A DNA stretch of 62,883 nt, counting the filler, from Choristocarpus tenellus KU-1152 (Eukaryota > Protista > Phaeophyceae), in NCBI GenBank assembly GCA_964200185.2. It is 9 parts of 9 records of this genome, joined end to end, with 100 filler letters (N's around TTAATTAATTAA, not from the genome) between each part and the next. Parts side by side here need not be neighbours in the genome. Positions count along the whole stretch, not along the records: positions 27,332 to 44,504 come from CAXNAD020000709.1; positions 44,605 to 51,043 come from CAXNAD020008141.1; 7 more parts are not named here. The stretch is one strand, 5' to 3'. Positions 36,801-47,810 of this stretch are shown piece after piece; the first letter of the stretch is position 1, and each line of letters begins with the position of its first letter. The notes below the pieces were generated by a model. That model worked only from the letters and a program-made list of their open reading frames with translations. It was not told the DNA's origin and did not search any database. Position numbers and translations under genes: made by a program.

Positions 36801-39800
36801 TGGGGCTTGGCTTCCCACAGGTATTTTTTATGATATTTTCCTACTCCAAAATGTTTTGGAGTACGTAAAATGTATACGTTACGAAAAGGTGTGTCCGAAC
36901 AAGGATATTGACACTTCCTAACAAACACGATAGTCAAAATTACATCAAAATCGCAACACTAGATTATATGACCCCCGAACGGACGTGGTTCTACCCTCTA
37001 AGGTAATTTGACTCGCGTTTTGAACATACTCTACCCTGGCTGTACACCCTCTACGTACACACTACACACTCTCTGCACCTTGACACTATACTTACGCACT
37101 TCAAGTCATCCTATCTCAGTGGTATCCGACCAGCTTATATCCAAGGAATACATAGGTTTAAACCCAATCAAAGGCATATCTTCTTTCCCAGGGAAATTGA
37201 TTTCCATAGAGGTTGCGGCAAGTACTCCAAGTACAACGGAACAGTGCACCTGTACCGTATGGTCTGTCTTACTACGGTAAGGTGAAAACTTGCACAAGAT
37301 TTGAGAGACGGGGAGCGATGAGAATTGATATGACTCAAACCAATACGCGAGAAAAAGAAAGGAACGTATTGAGCAGTGCAATCAGCGGTAAGGCAACAGT
37401 TGGTTGGTAATTACTGGTTATCAATGAAAACTAGTGCAGGGTTTAGTGCCTCTGGTCATGAATCGGGGCGAGCTAAGTTCCTACATTTGTCTCGACAAAA
37501 ACTTCAAAGTGATACAAAATAAGTCACAGTTGCAAGAAAAAAATATGAATTGTAGGAGGGTCAAACAAAAAAATATGAGTACAAGAGCTCTACCACAGAA
37601 AACAAAATTGTTAGGATGCCTTTTTTCACAGGGTTGCTGAGTTTTTAGTTGCAATCATTGTGATTTTCCATTCCTTGAAATTGTATGGTGAAACTATGCA
37701 GAAGAATATTGTATGGTCTCAAGTACCCAATCAATTCGATATTTTCCTCCCTTTGATCCTACAAAAGTATGGATAATCCAAGTCAAAATGCGATTGGACA
37801 CAAAAACGAAAGCTAGAAGCACACGCCTACCTGATGTTCACCATAATTTCATGGAAATGGGAGTGCACTAAGAACCTACACCTACTCGAGTACTCACGAG
37901 ATGTTAAAAATATGAGGAGAGTATCATCCGCCAGACCCCAGCACAACATAAAGGAGCATAAGATCAACAGATGGGAGAAGAGTGACAATTTGAGGGAGTA
38001 TGATCGACACCTACCTGTAGTCTGTGGTATTGGCGGCCCAGGCTATGAAGGAAGTAAGCCAAGAACTATCAGGACCATCCACATGGGTTTGCTCCACCAT
38101 GGTGCTGTCTGTGGCCTGGATCTCTGCCTGAGTCCACCGCACATATTTCATGAAAGGAGTGATAAGAGTGTACGGTATCAAGGACGAGTGTGTGGCAAAA
38201 TGATATTGATGTCAGGAAAGTTGTTAAGGCAGGACGGAGTGCAGGAGGCTCAAATGTGTGTCTTGATGGCAGGTATTTCACTGTTACGTTACTACTGTTA
38301 CTAATTGTCATTATCAGTACTCAGGGCCTAGCATGAATTGTGCAATTCTCACGAAATGAATGTGGACAATCAGGGATGAGGAGTAGAGGATCCTTTGGTT
38401 TGCCTCACGGGCAATGATAACCTTCATATTCACCTGAACCGGAGGGTCACTGTAATCGACATCTGTATAGTAAGTGCTGAAGGGCTGGAAATCAGAGTCA
38501 GGATCAAGATTGAACAATCTTGCTGTATTTGTATCTGCAGAGGTTTGAGGAGAGATGGGAGAGGAATCAGGTGAGTCGAAAGAATTGCTCTTTAGCAGAG
38601 GATCAGGTTATAACGCCAAGGGAGGGAGTAGTTAGCAGATGACCATGTTGGCAGTAAGGGTTGAGTTAGGAAGACAGTCCATTCTCTTGACCTTCTCTAC
38701 TCATTGCCGAGCCTACAATCAATGCATTTGGCTTGATCCACTAACAGTTGAGCCGACAAGGGACTAAGGACTACGGTACATCAGGCGACTCTCAGTTCAG
38801 ATGAGGTAATTACTGTAAGAGAAAGACAAGTATAGAGTTGGAGGCCAAATCAGTGGTAGTATGGGTAACATTTGAGAGTATTTGATAGCAAATGTAATCT
38901 CTATGTGTAATAAGTAATACCCTTTAGTTTGAGGGTGCAGGGAGTGCCGTGTGTAACTACCGTATCACTTAGTATTGACTCCATCGATGAGCCAAACCAA
39001 TTGGAGGTAGGCAGGTTTGGACCCGTTTGCATTCCAAGCAATATATATCTTACCCTTAAAGCAAAAAACTCTATTTCATTTCTTTAAGCGCACAACAGTG
39101 TATGCAAAATTGATTTTTCCCTTTTCCATACACGAAGTGACATCACAACTAAGCAAGGGCTCTTTCTGAAATTGTACAAAAGTGTTGTCTTTTAGCCTTT
39201 TTTTGGGATCCTTAACATGCGTCCCTGCCTACCTCTCAATTGGTTTGGCTCAATGTGGTGACACACTATGTAGAGTGATAGTACAAGAAAAAATGCAGAT
39301 GATATCTTGGAGTCAAAGTAACGTAGAGGAGGGTATGGTTGAATCATGAGCATCTGTGAGAGAGTCTCCTTTTCGTCTTCTCAATCACCTGTACATCCCT
39401 TGACTCTTAAACACACGACAAAACCTCTATCCAAAGGGTCTCATCGGCCATAGCCATTCCAATCAGACATATTATTCGTGCATTTTCAGTACAGAAATAG
39501 GTGCTCAGGCACAAGATTGAAAAGGCCCTAATGTATGTAACAGGAAAAAACCATTGACTCTTGACACCACTGAAATGTGACGCATTTTGTGTGAATAAAC
39601 TGCAGGACAATTGCTTGGAAGGGAAGCATGGGGCAAGCCTATAGTTTGGAATTTGAACTTCTAAGCAGCATCAAAGCTGAGGAGGTACAGGAGGGCTGTG
39701 AGTACAGTACTAACAACTCCGATATTTGCCTGGAGCAGGGAGGGGTGACAAAAGGTTTGAGGCATCTATCTTGCTGCCCTTGGACTGGGTTGCTGCGGCA

Positions 39801-42800
39801 TCTAAAACTTAGAAATCAGCATGATGACATTGGACACCTCGCACGGTTTATTACCTATGCATTACATGTATTGTTGAGACGTAATCGCACCATTGTTGAG
39901 CTATTTCCATGTGCTTCCATAGTGTAAAACGATTAATCAAATATGTGCTGATTTGTATATATTACCAGCAACTCTGCATCTGTTTACAGCTTCATCGTTC
40001 CAGATTACATGATACTCAAGGCAAGCCCAAGGGAACAGAAACGCCCTGCGAGGCTCGAGGAGCAGAGGAGCAATCATGATGGGGGAAGGTTCAGCTACGA
40101 AGGCCTAAAACAACTATTTGGGGACAGGATGCAAACCATTCCGTGTTCTTTTCTTACATTCTCTGACGTAGGAGTTGTCCGGTACAAGGTCCAGCACCTC
40201 GAACCCTTGCGTCACCTGTTTATGGATTTAGAAAACACGGAAGTAAGTGTGTTGGTCTACTGGTGTGCTTGGAAGTCTGTGTAGGCAGACGGTTCAGTGT
40301 TCGTACTGTGATACTATGCTTATGGTAAGATTGACAACTTTGAAAGGTTGACCATTTGAGTGTTTTGTTTTATCTCTCATTTTTACGTCCGTTGTACATG
40401 TTTGTGACATACCAATACCGCCAAGAATGGTGATACTCTATGATGAGATCTTTTAAATAGTCATTTCATATGTTGTGTTTTTTCAAGCAGATGTCTCAAC
40501 TGTCTCTTAAGAAGGGGTACATTTTTCTGCATGCAGATGAGAACGTATGCAATCAGTATAGCGAAGAATATGTAGTATTACAGGTGAAATGCGAACAGGG
40601 CATCTACTTCAGTTTTTGTTTTATGCTGAAATCGATTTCACTCTGAAGGGAGAGGGTAGATGAAACAATGGAGAACTTCAGCACAAGAGTCTCACCACAC
40701 AACCTAGTACTTTGGAATATTTAATACACGAATGAAAAACAGTTTACATGGCATATTACAAGTAACACTTCGTATATTGAGAACAATGCGACCACTGCTT
40801 CCAACAAGGTTGCCTCCCAGCACATGTAGGAAATATATATATATATGTTGGGTATTGCTTTGCCAGAGGAGCTTAAGCTCAAAAGCTAGAGGGGGAAAAA
40901 TACTTGAGTAAACGCATATTTATAATGTATTGTCCTTGCAAGGATACATGTGACAGGTACCCATCTATGAATAGATACTCTTACGTCCTGTGCTTCAATT
41001 ATTTGTGAACATCACTTGTCACACACAGAAATCTACTGTGGCGTATGTGTGCACATAGAATCTAAGTACTCTTGTTCACGGTAACACACAAGATTTGATC
41101 AGTGCGGACTGCATGTAGACGTATATCTTGGAAAAAAGGTCGACATGCTATTGATAATTGTATTTATATCCATGTGAAATAGGACTATGCTGAAAAAGGG
41201 TACTAGGAGTAGTAGGTAAGATGTTCAATACTTATCTATGTATGTAAGATGCAAGATGGTTTGTGTAAGATAAGACCAATCTTGCCCTGCCATGCGTCTA
41301 AACCCCTCAAAAGATGAGGAATTCCCTCGGTTTTATTGTTCTTTTCCGTTCTTCTGAAGTCAAGTGTGTACGTTCAGAACGTGTGCAGAGAATAATACCT
41401 TATCCTCTGGTTAAGCGTTGAGTGTCCTAGTCATGGCTCAGATGTTGATGGTGGTTTTTGTTCTCTGCATAAATCTTGCGGCTTCAATATCCTCTTTGCA
41501 AAGTTAGACCCTTTTGTGGAAATCCAGTTTCGATTTTCCGGAGTTAACCCACCAAATACTACGACTTCGTATACCTGCACAGTACTATTCATCGTCCTAC
41601 CAAAAACTCAAAGATCAAGAACAAGGAGGAAAGAATTCACTGCCAACCTACATCAAGGTCGGTGCAGCAAAAATATTAAATGAGAAAGAATATCGGCTGG
41701 GTGGATGAAAGACAACATGCGAAAAGCTAGGCACAACCAGGGTCGTACAATTGATTGTTTTACCACAGTTAAGTAGAGTCATAGCTAGTTTATGAGAAGC
41801 TGTGGAGTGCGTAGTTAGTGCCTCTGGCCATGGGAGTTTGGTGTTGGTCCCTGATTTTGTCATCATGTGGAAAAGAACCTCATCTATGTGTGAGTTTACT
41901 CATCACTCCCTAGTTTTGTTTTGCGTTAATCAGTGCTGGATGTTGCTATGTGCTAGTATTCTGATGCTGCCCTCCATCCCTTGTACCTGTTTTAGAAAGT
42001 AGTGTATTTTCATACAATCCTCGTTCTCTTCTTCGTTTGAGTTACTAGGAGAAACAAAATTCTTAAAAAAAATCTACCTTAGATTTTTGAGGAGATAGCA
42101 TAGCTTGCCATCATGCGATTTAGGTTGCAACAATGACCACAGCCTAGCTATGACACCTAGCGAACCAGCTACCCATAACGGCAATGTTTTATAGGAGTCC
42201 CTCTAGACGCAAGTCTAGAAAGCGCGTGCAAAAACGCCAACAACGCTTCAGTGTTCCTTAAACCTCGGGCCCTTGGGCAATTTTAAACACCCACTTCGCT
42301 TCTCAACTACTCCAGTACTATTTAATGTAGATAAAATATCCCTTGCAATCAATGCAGTAGATTTATTATAGTATTCATCCTCCATTGCCTAGTCTGTGCA
42401 AGTACAAGAAATGTGACTTGGCAATTCAAATTCCTCAAAAAATATATTTGAAGCTCTACTCGATTCACATGCCTACATTCTGTGGTATAATTTCACCCAT
42501 CTTCATTTTCCTATTATTAAAAAAATCTGAGTAGATTACCAGCCTGAGTTGCTCCATATATGCCAGAAGCAAACAGTCCTGCAGTAGCCACCAGAACCAC
42601 GACCTTTCCCTTCTTAGACAGGATTGCTGGACCATACTTCTCGACCATTACCCTGTCAAGATGCAATTAGTTACACACAGTACAACAATGCAACGTTGAG
42701 AGGTCCTTTGGATGGATACTCTTCGGAGGAGTTCATAAACTTCTAGCATGCCTGTTTCCTAGCAACTGCAACACTGATGCTTGTTTCGAGTGCTCACATC

Positions 42801-43929
42801 CTAGCTGGCCTTATTGTACAGTGTGTAAATGTGCACTTGTTGTGTAGTTTGACACTGGGACTACAAGAACATTAGTCGCTTTGTATACCATGCATGTCGG
42901 CATGACTTTCCACCGTTCGTGGATCACAAGATGGTCAACAAAATCCCACCTGCTGATTGGAGAGAGGCGCATCTTTTTGTCTGGAGTGCTTACAGCTGGA
43001 GGGTCGGGAGCACCAGTGTCGCTCACCTTGGTCTCCCCATGAACAGGATTTGTACTGGCATAGACCTGGTCCCAGTCTAATTTTAACGTTGTAGTTCAGG
43101 TGTTTCAATGGAAAACAAGGTGTCAGGCGAGAAGATTCCATTTTTGGGAAAGGGAACAGACAAATGAATCACAGACGAAAATGATTTCGCAATCTTTCGA
43201 GGGCACAGGGCTTAGTGTTGAAATGAAGTGCAAGGTAATTATATATATATTGGTAGAGGGGTAAAGGCTGCTGGGCGACGGTATCATATTTGATCAAGAT
43301 GATGTAAAGTTTGTTCTATTTTCCTGTATAAATGTTGCTCTCGTATTCTGCCCCTTATCCTTCAGTCTTATGTAGTTTCAAAACATGACTATTATTATTG
43401 TTCAGTTGGCTATCTACCAAATTGCGTGAAACATGATTGTGGGATTAGGAACTACCCCCCTTATGGATACGACTCACTCATTGCTGTAACTTTATAAAGC
43501 ATATTCTAGATATTTTTGCTTTGTGGTGAAGCAGAAGACTCTTTGGTAACAATCCAACATGTTACCGTCACTTCCGTTATCATTAACCATTATTCAAGGG
43601 CTACCGGGATCTCCAACCAGACAAATAGAAACATGTATACCTACCAAGGACTGAAAAAAATTGAAGGGGGCCTGACCCTATAACATATTCCCTCGGTCCA
43701 TTATCAGCAATTCAGCATCTCCTGTGATATTCTGTGAAAAGCTTCTTTAGTGAGTGGTCCATGACAAGCATTATGGATGAAAAACAATTGAGGGGTGGGT
43801 TGCACTGACCTCTTCTATGACTTCATTGTCCACATGAACAGACTGGGATGAAAAGCAGCAGATGCAATCCCATCTACCTGCTTCCTGTCTTCTGGCATCA
43901 ATGGCCAATAGAGCAACGAATGCTGTCAC
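30742..43929 (-). CDS. Patched/NPC1-related sterol-sensing-domain (RND superfamily) membrane protein, C-terminal 12 exons; 5' end off contig; possibly a pseudogene
   Basis: Hand-spliced exons 43929-43810, 43065-42950, 42652-42544, 40215-40158, 38534-38434, 38127-38015, 36634-36493, 35022-34865, 33921-33740, 33312-33245, 32710-32540, 30868-30742. Hallmarks: AFVALLAIDARRQ..D.ICC (end of SSD), DLVPDNSY, FIFTEQY, MAVGLVVDY.VH (GxxxD), ALGEVGPSV, F..FFRM, HGLVFIPV.LS. In-frame TGA at 34948-34950. Confidence 0.88.
31553..32161. mobile_element. Intronic foldback element with ~180-bp imperfect TIRs
   Basis: GGTCAGAT..GTGCAC..AATTGCACTGTCCTGTGCGTGTCTTGAATTTTT..GGTTCAGCCGTCCCA is mirrored at ~31980-32161; flanks CCAT/CCAG. 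Confidence 0.8.
32250..32474 (+). mobile_element. MITE family A, copy 8 (diverged, internally deleted)
   Basis: CCAAAATCCAATGCTGCGATTTTGATGTA..GTGTCAATATCCTTG core, degenerate TIRs, AAT/AAT flanks. Confidence 0.8.
32540..32710 (-). CDS. Patched-related exon (NPAASKDDKIIEALGEVGPSV...FFRMFLIISGFG)
   Basis: CAG/GTAAGT boundaries, 171 nt. Confidence 0.9.
33245..33312 (-). CDS. Patched-related exon (ELVMAVGLVVDYMVHVLHFYLHQ)
   Basis: CAG/GTATGC boundaries; GxxxD motif. Confidence 0.9.
33740..33921 (-). CDS. Patched-related exon (VQELLTNFGLAL...WGLNINSITAL)
   Basis: CAG/GTGTGT boundaries; hydrophobic TM helices. Confidence 0.9.
34865..35022 (-). CDS. Patched-related exon with in-frame TGA (ISRSNMF..ALEDA*DV..FIFTEQYLV)
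   Basis: CAG/GTGAGA boundaries; phases match both neighbours. Confidence 0.8.
35907..36259. mobile_element. Non-autonomous TG..CA element with ~43-bp TIRs (Ginger-like ends)
   Basis: TGTAGTGCTTTGGAAGACACCCCCTGTTTGGGTAGTGCC / GGCACTATCCAAACAGGAGGTGCCTCCCAAAGTACTACA; flanks CTAT/CTTT. Confidence 0.8.
36493..36634 (-). CDS. Patched-related exon (ANIGMPGDYPVY..FYTALAAFL..RFKGDIVF..IE)
   Basis: CAG/GTGAGA boundaries. Confidence 0.85.
36754..37014 (-). mobile_element. MITE family A, copy 9
   Basis: Both TIRs present; flanks GCAT/GCGT. Confidence 0.9.
38015..38127 (-). CDS. Patched-related exon (AEIQATD..SWLTSFIAWAANTTDY)
   Basis: CAG/GTAGGT boundaries. Confidence 0.85.
38434..38534 (-). CDS. 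Patched-related exon (TNTARLF..YTDVDYSDPPVQ)
   Basis: CAG/GTGAAT boundaries. Confidence 0.85.
38989..39251. mobile_element. MITE family D, copy 3
   Basis: TIR GAGCCAAACCAATTGGAGGTAGGCAGG / CCTGCCTACCTCTCAATTGGTTTGGCTC; flanks GAT/AAT. Confidence 0.9.
40158..40215 (-). CDS. Patched-related exon (VTQGFEVLDLVPDNSYVRE)
   Basis: CAG/GTAAGA boundaries; DL.P..SY motif. Confidence 0.85.
42544..42652 (-). CDS. Patched-related exon (VMVEKYGPAILSKKGKVVVLV..GIYGATQ)
   Basis: CAG acceptor; the frame requires a GC donor at 42543-42542. Confidence 0.8.
42950..43065 (-). CDS. Patched-related exon (cytosolic loop VYASTNP..RLSPIS)
   Basis: CAG/GTGGGA boundaries; phase 0 to 2 fits both neighbours. Confidence 0.7.
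43810..43929 (-). CDS. Patched-related exon (VTAFVALLAIDARRQEAGRWDCICCF..)
   Basis: TAG/GTCAGT boundaries; end of the sterol-sensing domain. Confidence 0.9.
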
Positions 43930-44604
43930 CTAGTACAAGAAAAATGGAGTATGTGGAGAGATCTTGGAATAAGAATTTGCAATATAAATAGTATTCCAGA
44001 GGATGATGTATTTTGCAAGAGACATATGTAGGAGCAGTACTAACTAACAACGACAGGCAAAGTAATCCATTGAAGAGAAGGCTGCATCCAGCTTTCACAT
44101 TGGCTCGCGTTTTGAGTCACTACCCCAATCCAGTGAACACCCTCAAAATTGAAGATGTGACAGCATGCCAGTGGCGTGGAGTCAGGGTAGAAACGGCCTA
44201 ACACAGTTGCTTTCAAATGTAAAATAAACAGGGTAGATACGACGGAACATTTTGTGGTTGAATTGTTAATCAAATTAAAACATTATTTCCTGCTCGCAAA
44301 TTTTTCATTTCTACTTGCACATAAGCACCGCCCTTACCAGGTTTTGTATGGTCAGGATTCTTAGCGACTTGCCCAAAGCTCATCTTTATAATCTAAAACA
44401 TTACCAATTTTAATTTCGTTTGCAGAAATTCTGTTACAGGCGAATAGAGCGAGTATTTCTTCTTATATTTCAACGAAGTGCAAACGTTTGTTACACGCGA
44501 ATAGNNNNNNNNNNNNNNNNNNNNNNNNNNNNNNNNNNNNNNNNNNNNTTAATTAATTAANNNNNNNNNNNNNNNNNNNNNNNNNNNNNNNNNNNNNNNN
44601 NNNN

Positions 44605-44814
44605 GTGGGTGGGGGGGGTGGGGAGGTGTGTGGGGGGGGGGGGGGGGGTGGGGGGTGGCGCGGCTGTCCATTTGGGGGGAATTTTTCATGTCACGATTTT
44701 TGGGTGATTTGGTTGTTTACGTCGTCGGATGGATAATGTAAATGCACTGTTCCTGATTTTGCCCCAAATGGACAGCCTGGTGTAGACCCACCCACCCCCC
44801 AGATACTTTGGGTC
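44605..44814 (+). mobile_element. MITE family C, near-complete copy at contig start
   Basis: poly-G..GGCTGTCCATTTGGGG...CCCCAAATGGACAGCC..CCCCAGATACTTTGGGTC. Confidence 0.9.
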
Positions 44815-44911
44815 TGGTGGCCAACGTGGGTTGGTTCTCTAGTGCTGCAAACCACAGAGCAAATGCCTTGCCTTGGTTCCCCCTTCCCCCTTGCAGAACT
44901 TGAATGCATAC

Positions 44912-45003
44912 TGTTAGAACACTAGTAAACCCCTGTGTCTACCAAGAAGGTAGTCAGGCAGACAGGCTGACGGTAGACACATGGGTTTACTAGTGTTCTA
45001 ACA
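44912..45003. mobile_element. 92-bp hairpin element with TG..CA ends and 32-bp arms
   Basis: TGTTAGAACACTAGTAAACCCCTGTGTCTACC / GGTAGACACATGGGTTTACTAGTGTTCTAACA; flanks CATAC/AATAC. Confidence 0.8.
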
Positions 45004-45463
45004 AATACTTGGGACGGTAGCTTGCCAGAATTTGGTCTCTCTGGAGTTTGACCCCTGCCCATTCCTCTTCTTGCCAATGTCAAGGACAGCTCATGTAAGG
45101 TCTCAGCTCCGGGGCCTCTGTAGCGGAGCTTGGAGCACATGCATAAACAACGATGGATCGCGCCTTTGATGTTCTCAAATTAGATTCGATTTGACATGAT
45201 TTGACAATAAATTACACTTTGTCCTTTCGTACCTTCTTCTCGTTTACTCTGTGCTCCTGATCAGAAGAGCGCCTTTGTGACTATGCTTGGTCGCCCCCTC
45301 AGTCCTCACTCCCACAGGTCCAGCAGAGTGGTTTTTTCCTTCAGAAAGATATTGGTGGGACTTCTAATGGAGTGAATAGACTCGGTGGTAGTTCATAATT
45401 GCACCACTTCTCGCTGTGACAGTGTGATTCTCTTTTGCCTTCTCTCTTTCTTCTGCCCTCTGC

Positions 45464-46344
45464 ACTCTCGCCGTACCATATGCACTAGATGTAGATCACA
45501 TTTAGATATCAGTGTGTTCTCAATAGATGGTAAAGACCAGAAAAGAAAGGGATTTGTATACCTTGGTAGGTATTTGAACATGTGCTACATGAGATTTGGT
45601 CCGAACTTCAAGTTTCATACATTGCTCAAAAGACCTTTTCGGATAGACCTCGCACTCACTATGCATTATCTCACTCAATCCACCAAGTTGTGGCAGCGTT
45701 GTATGCGTCTGTCAGTGGGGATCAAGTCATCCAGAATGCCCTCAGGAGAAGATGAGAAGTACGAGTATTTAATTTAATGCAAAGAACGCCTAGCAATCCA
45801 ACGCAACTAGCCGCGTGTTCATCGCAGGTCTCGTTGAGACGTTATAGTCGATAGATAAACTATCATTTCCACCCATTTTCGACCGGTTTTGCTGTTTTGG
45901 CTGTATCTGCCGTTTCCAAAAAAAAACGTTTGTGTTCAGGGTATGATTTCTCAACCGTTTCGAGATGAAACAAATTAAGATACATACCTATGTGCAAGTC
46001 GACGTTGTTGGCCATCAAACGATATTATTTGTAGTTTCTGAGTCTTACATTTAAAATGCTTTGTTCACAAGAACCATAACGGTCCAGACCTATGGGAAAG
46101 AGGGAGTAAGTATATAGTGATGTCCCACAATATTTTATTTGGTCATTTGAGCTAGTGCGAGGTCTATCCGAAAAGTAGGTTGTGTGAGTGATGAAACTTA
46201 AAGTGTGGACCAAATCTCATGTGGCACGTCCTCAAATACCTACCAAGGTATGGAAATTCCTTCTTTTTTGTTCTTTACCATCTATTGAGAATAGTGATAT
46301 CTAAACGTCATCTATATGTAGTTCATATGGTATATGGTGAGAGT
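45464..46344. mobile_element. Foldback element with ~200-bp imperfect TIRs
   Basis: TTCTCAATAGATGGTAAAGA..TACCTTGGTAGGTATTTGA..CATGAGATTTGGTCC..TTTTCGGATAGACCTCGCACT is mirrored at ~46150-46344. Confidence 0.8.
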
Positions 46345-47479
46345 TGTTCTGAATCTCACGTTTGAAAAAGTTATTCACAAAAAACCATAACGATACAGAC
46401 TCATGACGCAGAAGGAGTAAGAAAATGCGCCATTCTGTGTTCCATTCTTTCGGAACCATTTCAGAACAGAATTCTTTGATTTTTTTATTAATGTAAAATA
46501 TCCCAAGGAATCCAACTTTATAGTCCGTATTGTAATTTGAAAACTGACATATAACGCAAAACGGCTTAAACGTGGGTGCCTGTCGTTTACTTTGACTCAT
46601 TGCATCTTTTTCAGCGCAGGGGATTCGATTCTCCAGGGGGGGATGATGATGGATGCGGATAATGAGAATGACTTCAACACATCTACTTAGAGGACAATGT
46701 TTTGTTCTCAACGAGTATAACCTTTACACATGGGAAAACCATTATTTCACTCATTTGTGCTTCACTTATCACTTGAAGAACTATGTGTACAAATATTTGT
46801 ATGTGAAGGTTGAAGGAGTGGTGAAGATGTGCAGATCATTTCTACCCAGGAATGATGTACGATCCCAATTTGTCGATATAACCTTGTTGGTTACCATGTA
46901 CAAATGATCTGTAGATTTCACTCACCATTTTTCAGCATGTAAAAATGATTTGCCCCTATATGTCGAGAGAAGATAATGATATACTTGTGGTCTGTCCCTA
47001 CCTCATCTTCATATACAAATCTTACGTTGTAATTTAACAAGAACGAATAAATCCTCTACAGATATTTGGTTACTACTATCACTACCATAATTTCATAGAG
47101 TACTTCATTCCCTTACTTTTCTATGAATAGTATTAGAATATATCATCCCCCCTTCTAAGCTAACACTTTGTGGTGTGTAAGCATAGTGTGGTCCTAGGTA
47201 ACAGGGCGTCTGTACAGAGTTTCGTTGGTGTTCCTTAACTTTTTCAAGGTGAAAATATCTACCCGTATCTTTTTCTGTATATTGCTGGTTGGTGGTCTCA
47301 TTTTGCGTATCGGTACAACTCCTGTGTTATAACCTGTACAAAGATTTATTGGTACGACTTATTCTCTACGAAAGATGCATAAATATTTGTCGTACCACCC
47401 CCCCATCTACCAAAACGTGTGCTGGTATTCAAATAGGAAATAGATTTTGGAGAGATATCTTTTACATTTAAAACTATTT

Positions 47480-47810
47480 TATTATTTTGCTCTCTGATAT
47501 TTTCAAGATGTGTAAGGGGAAAAACCAATGAATACTATTCATATATCAGAATAATCCCTATAAAAGTAACAGTTTTCATTAATTTGAAAGACATTAATCT
47601 AATTACTATTTTACTACCAACTATGCTGTACCACAGCCTTCCTGTGCCTCCAACCCAGCTTAGTCCTGCACCCCAGGGTGAAGACCTAGGAAAGTTTCCC
47701 AATAATCTAACAAGCCCCTCCTTGCCCATCTCCCTGGTGTCTCCAGCTTAAAACGCATGACACGTCTAGACAGGGCCACCTGTGTTGTAACAGAGACAAT
47801 TTACAACAAC
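47480..47810 (-). repeat. Family B-related copy
   Basis: CCAGCTTAAAACGCATGACACGTCTAGACAG..GAGACAATTT is the reverse complement of ~12067-12128; 47480-47535 matches ~12335-12385. Confidence 0.8.
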
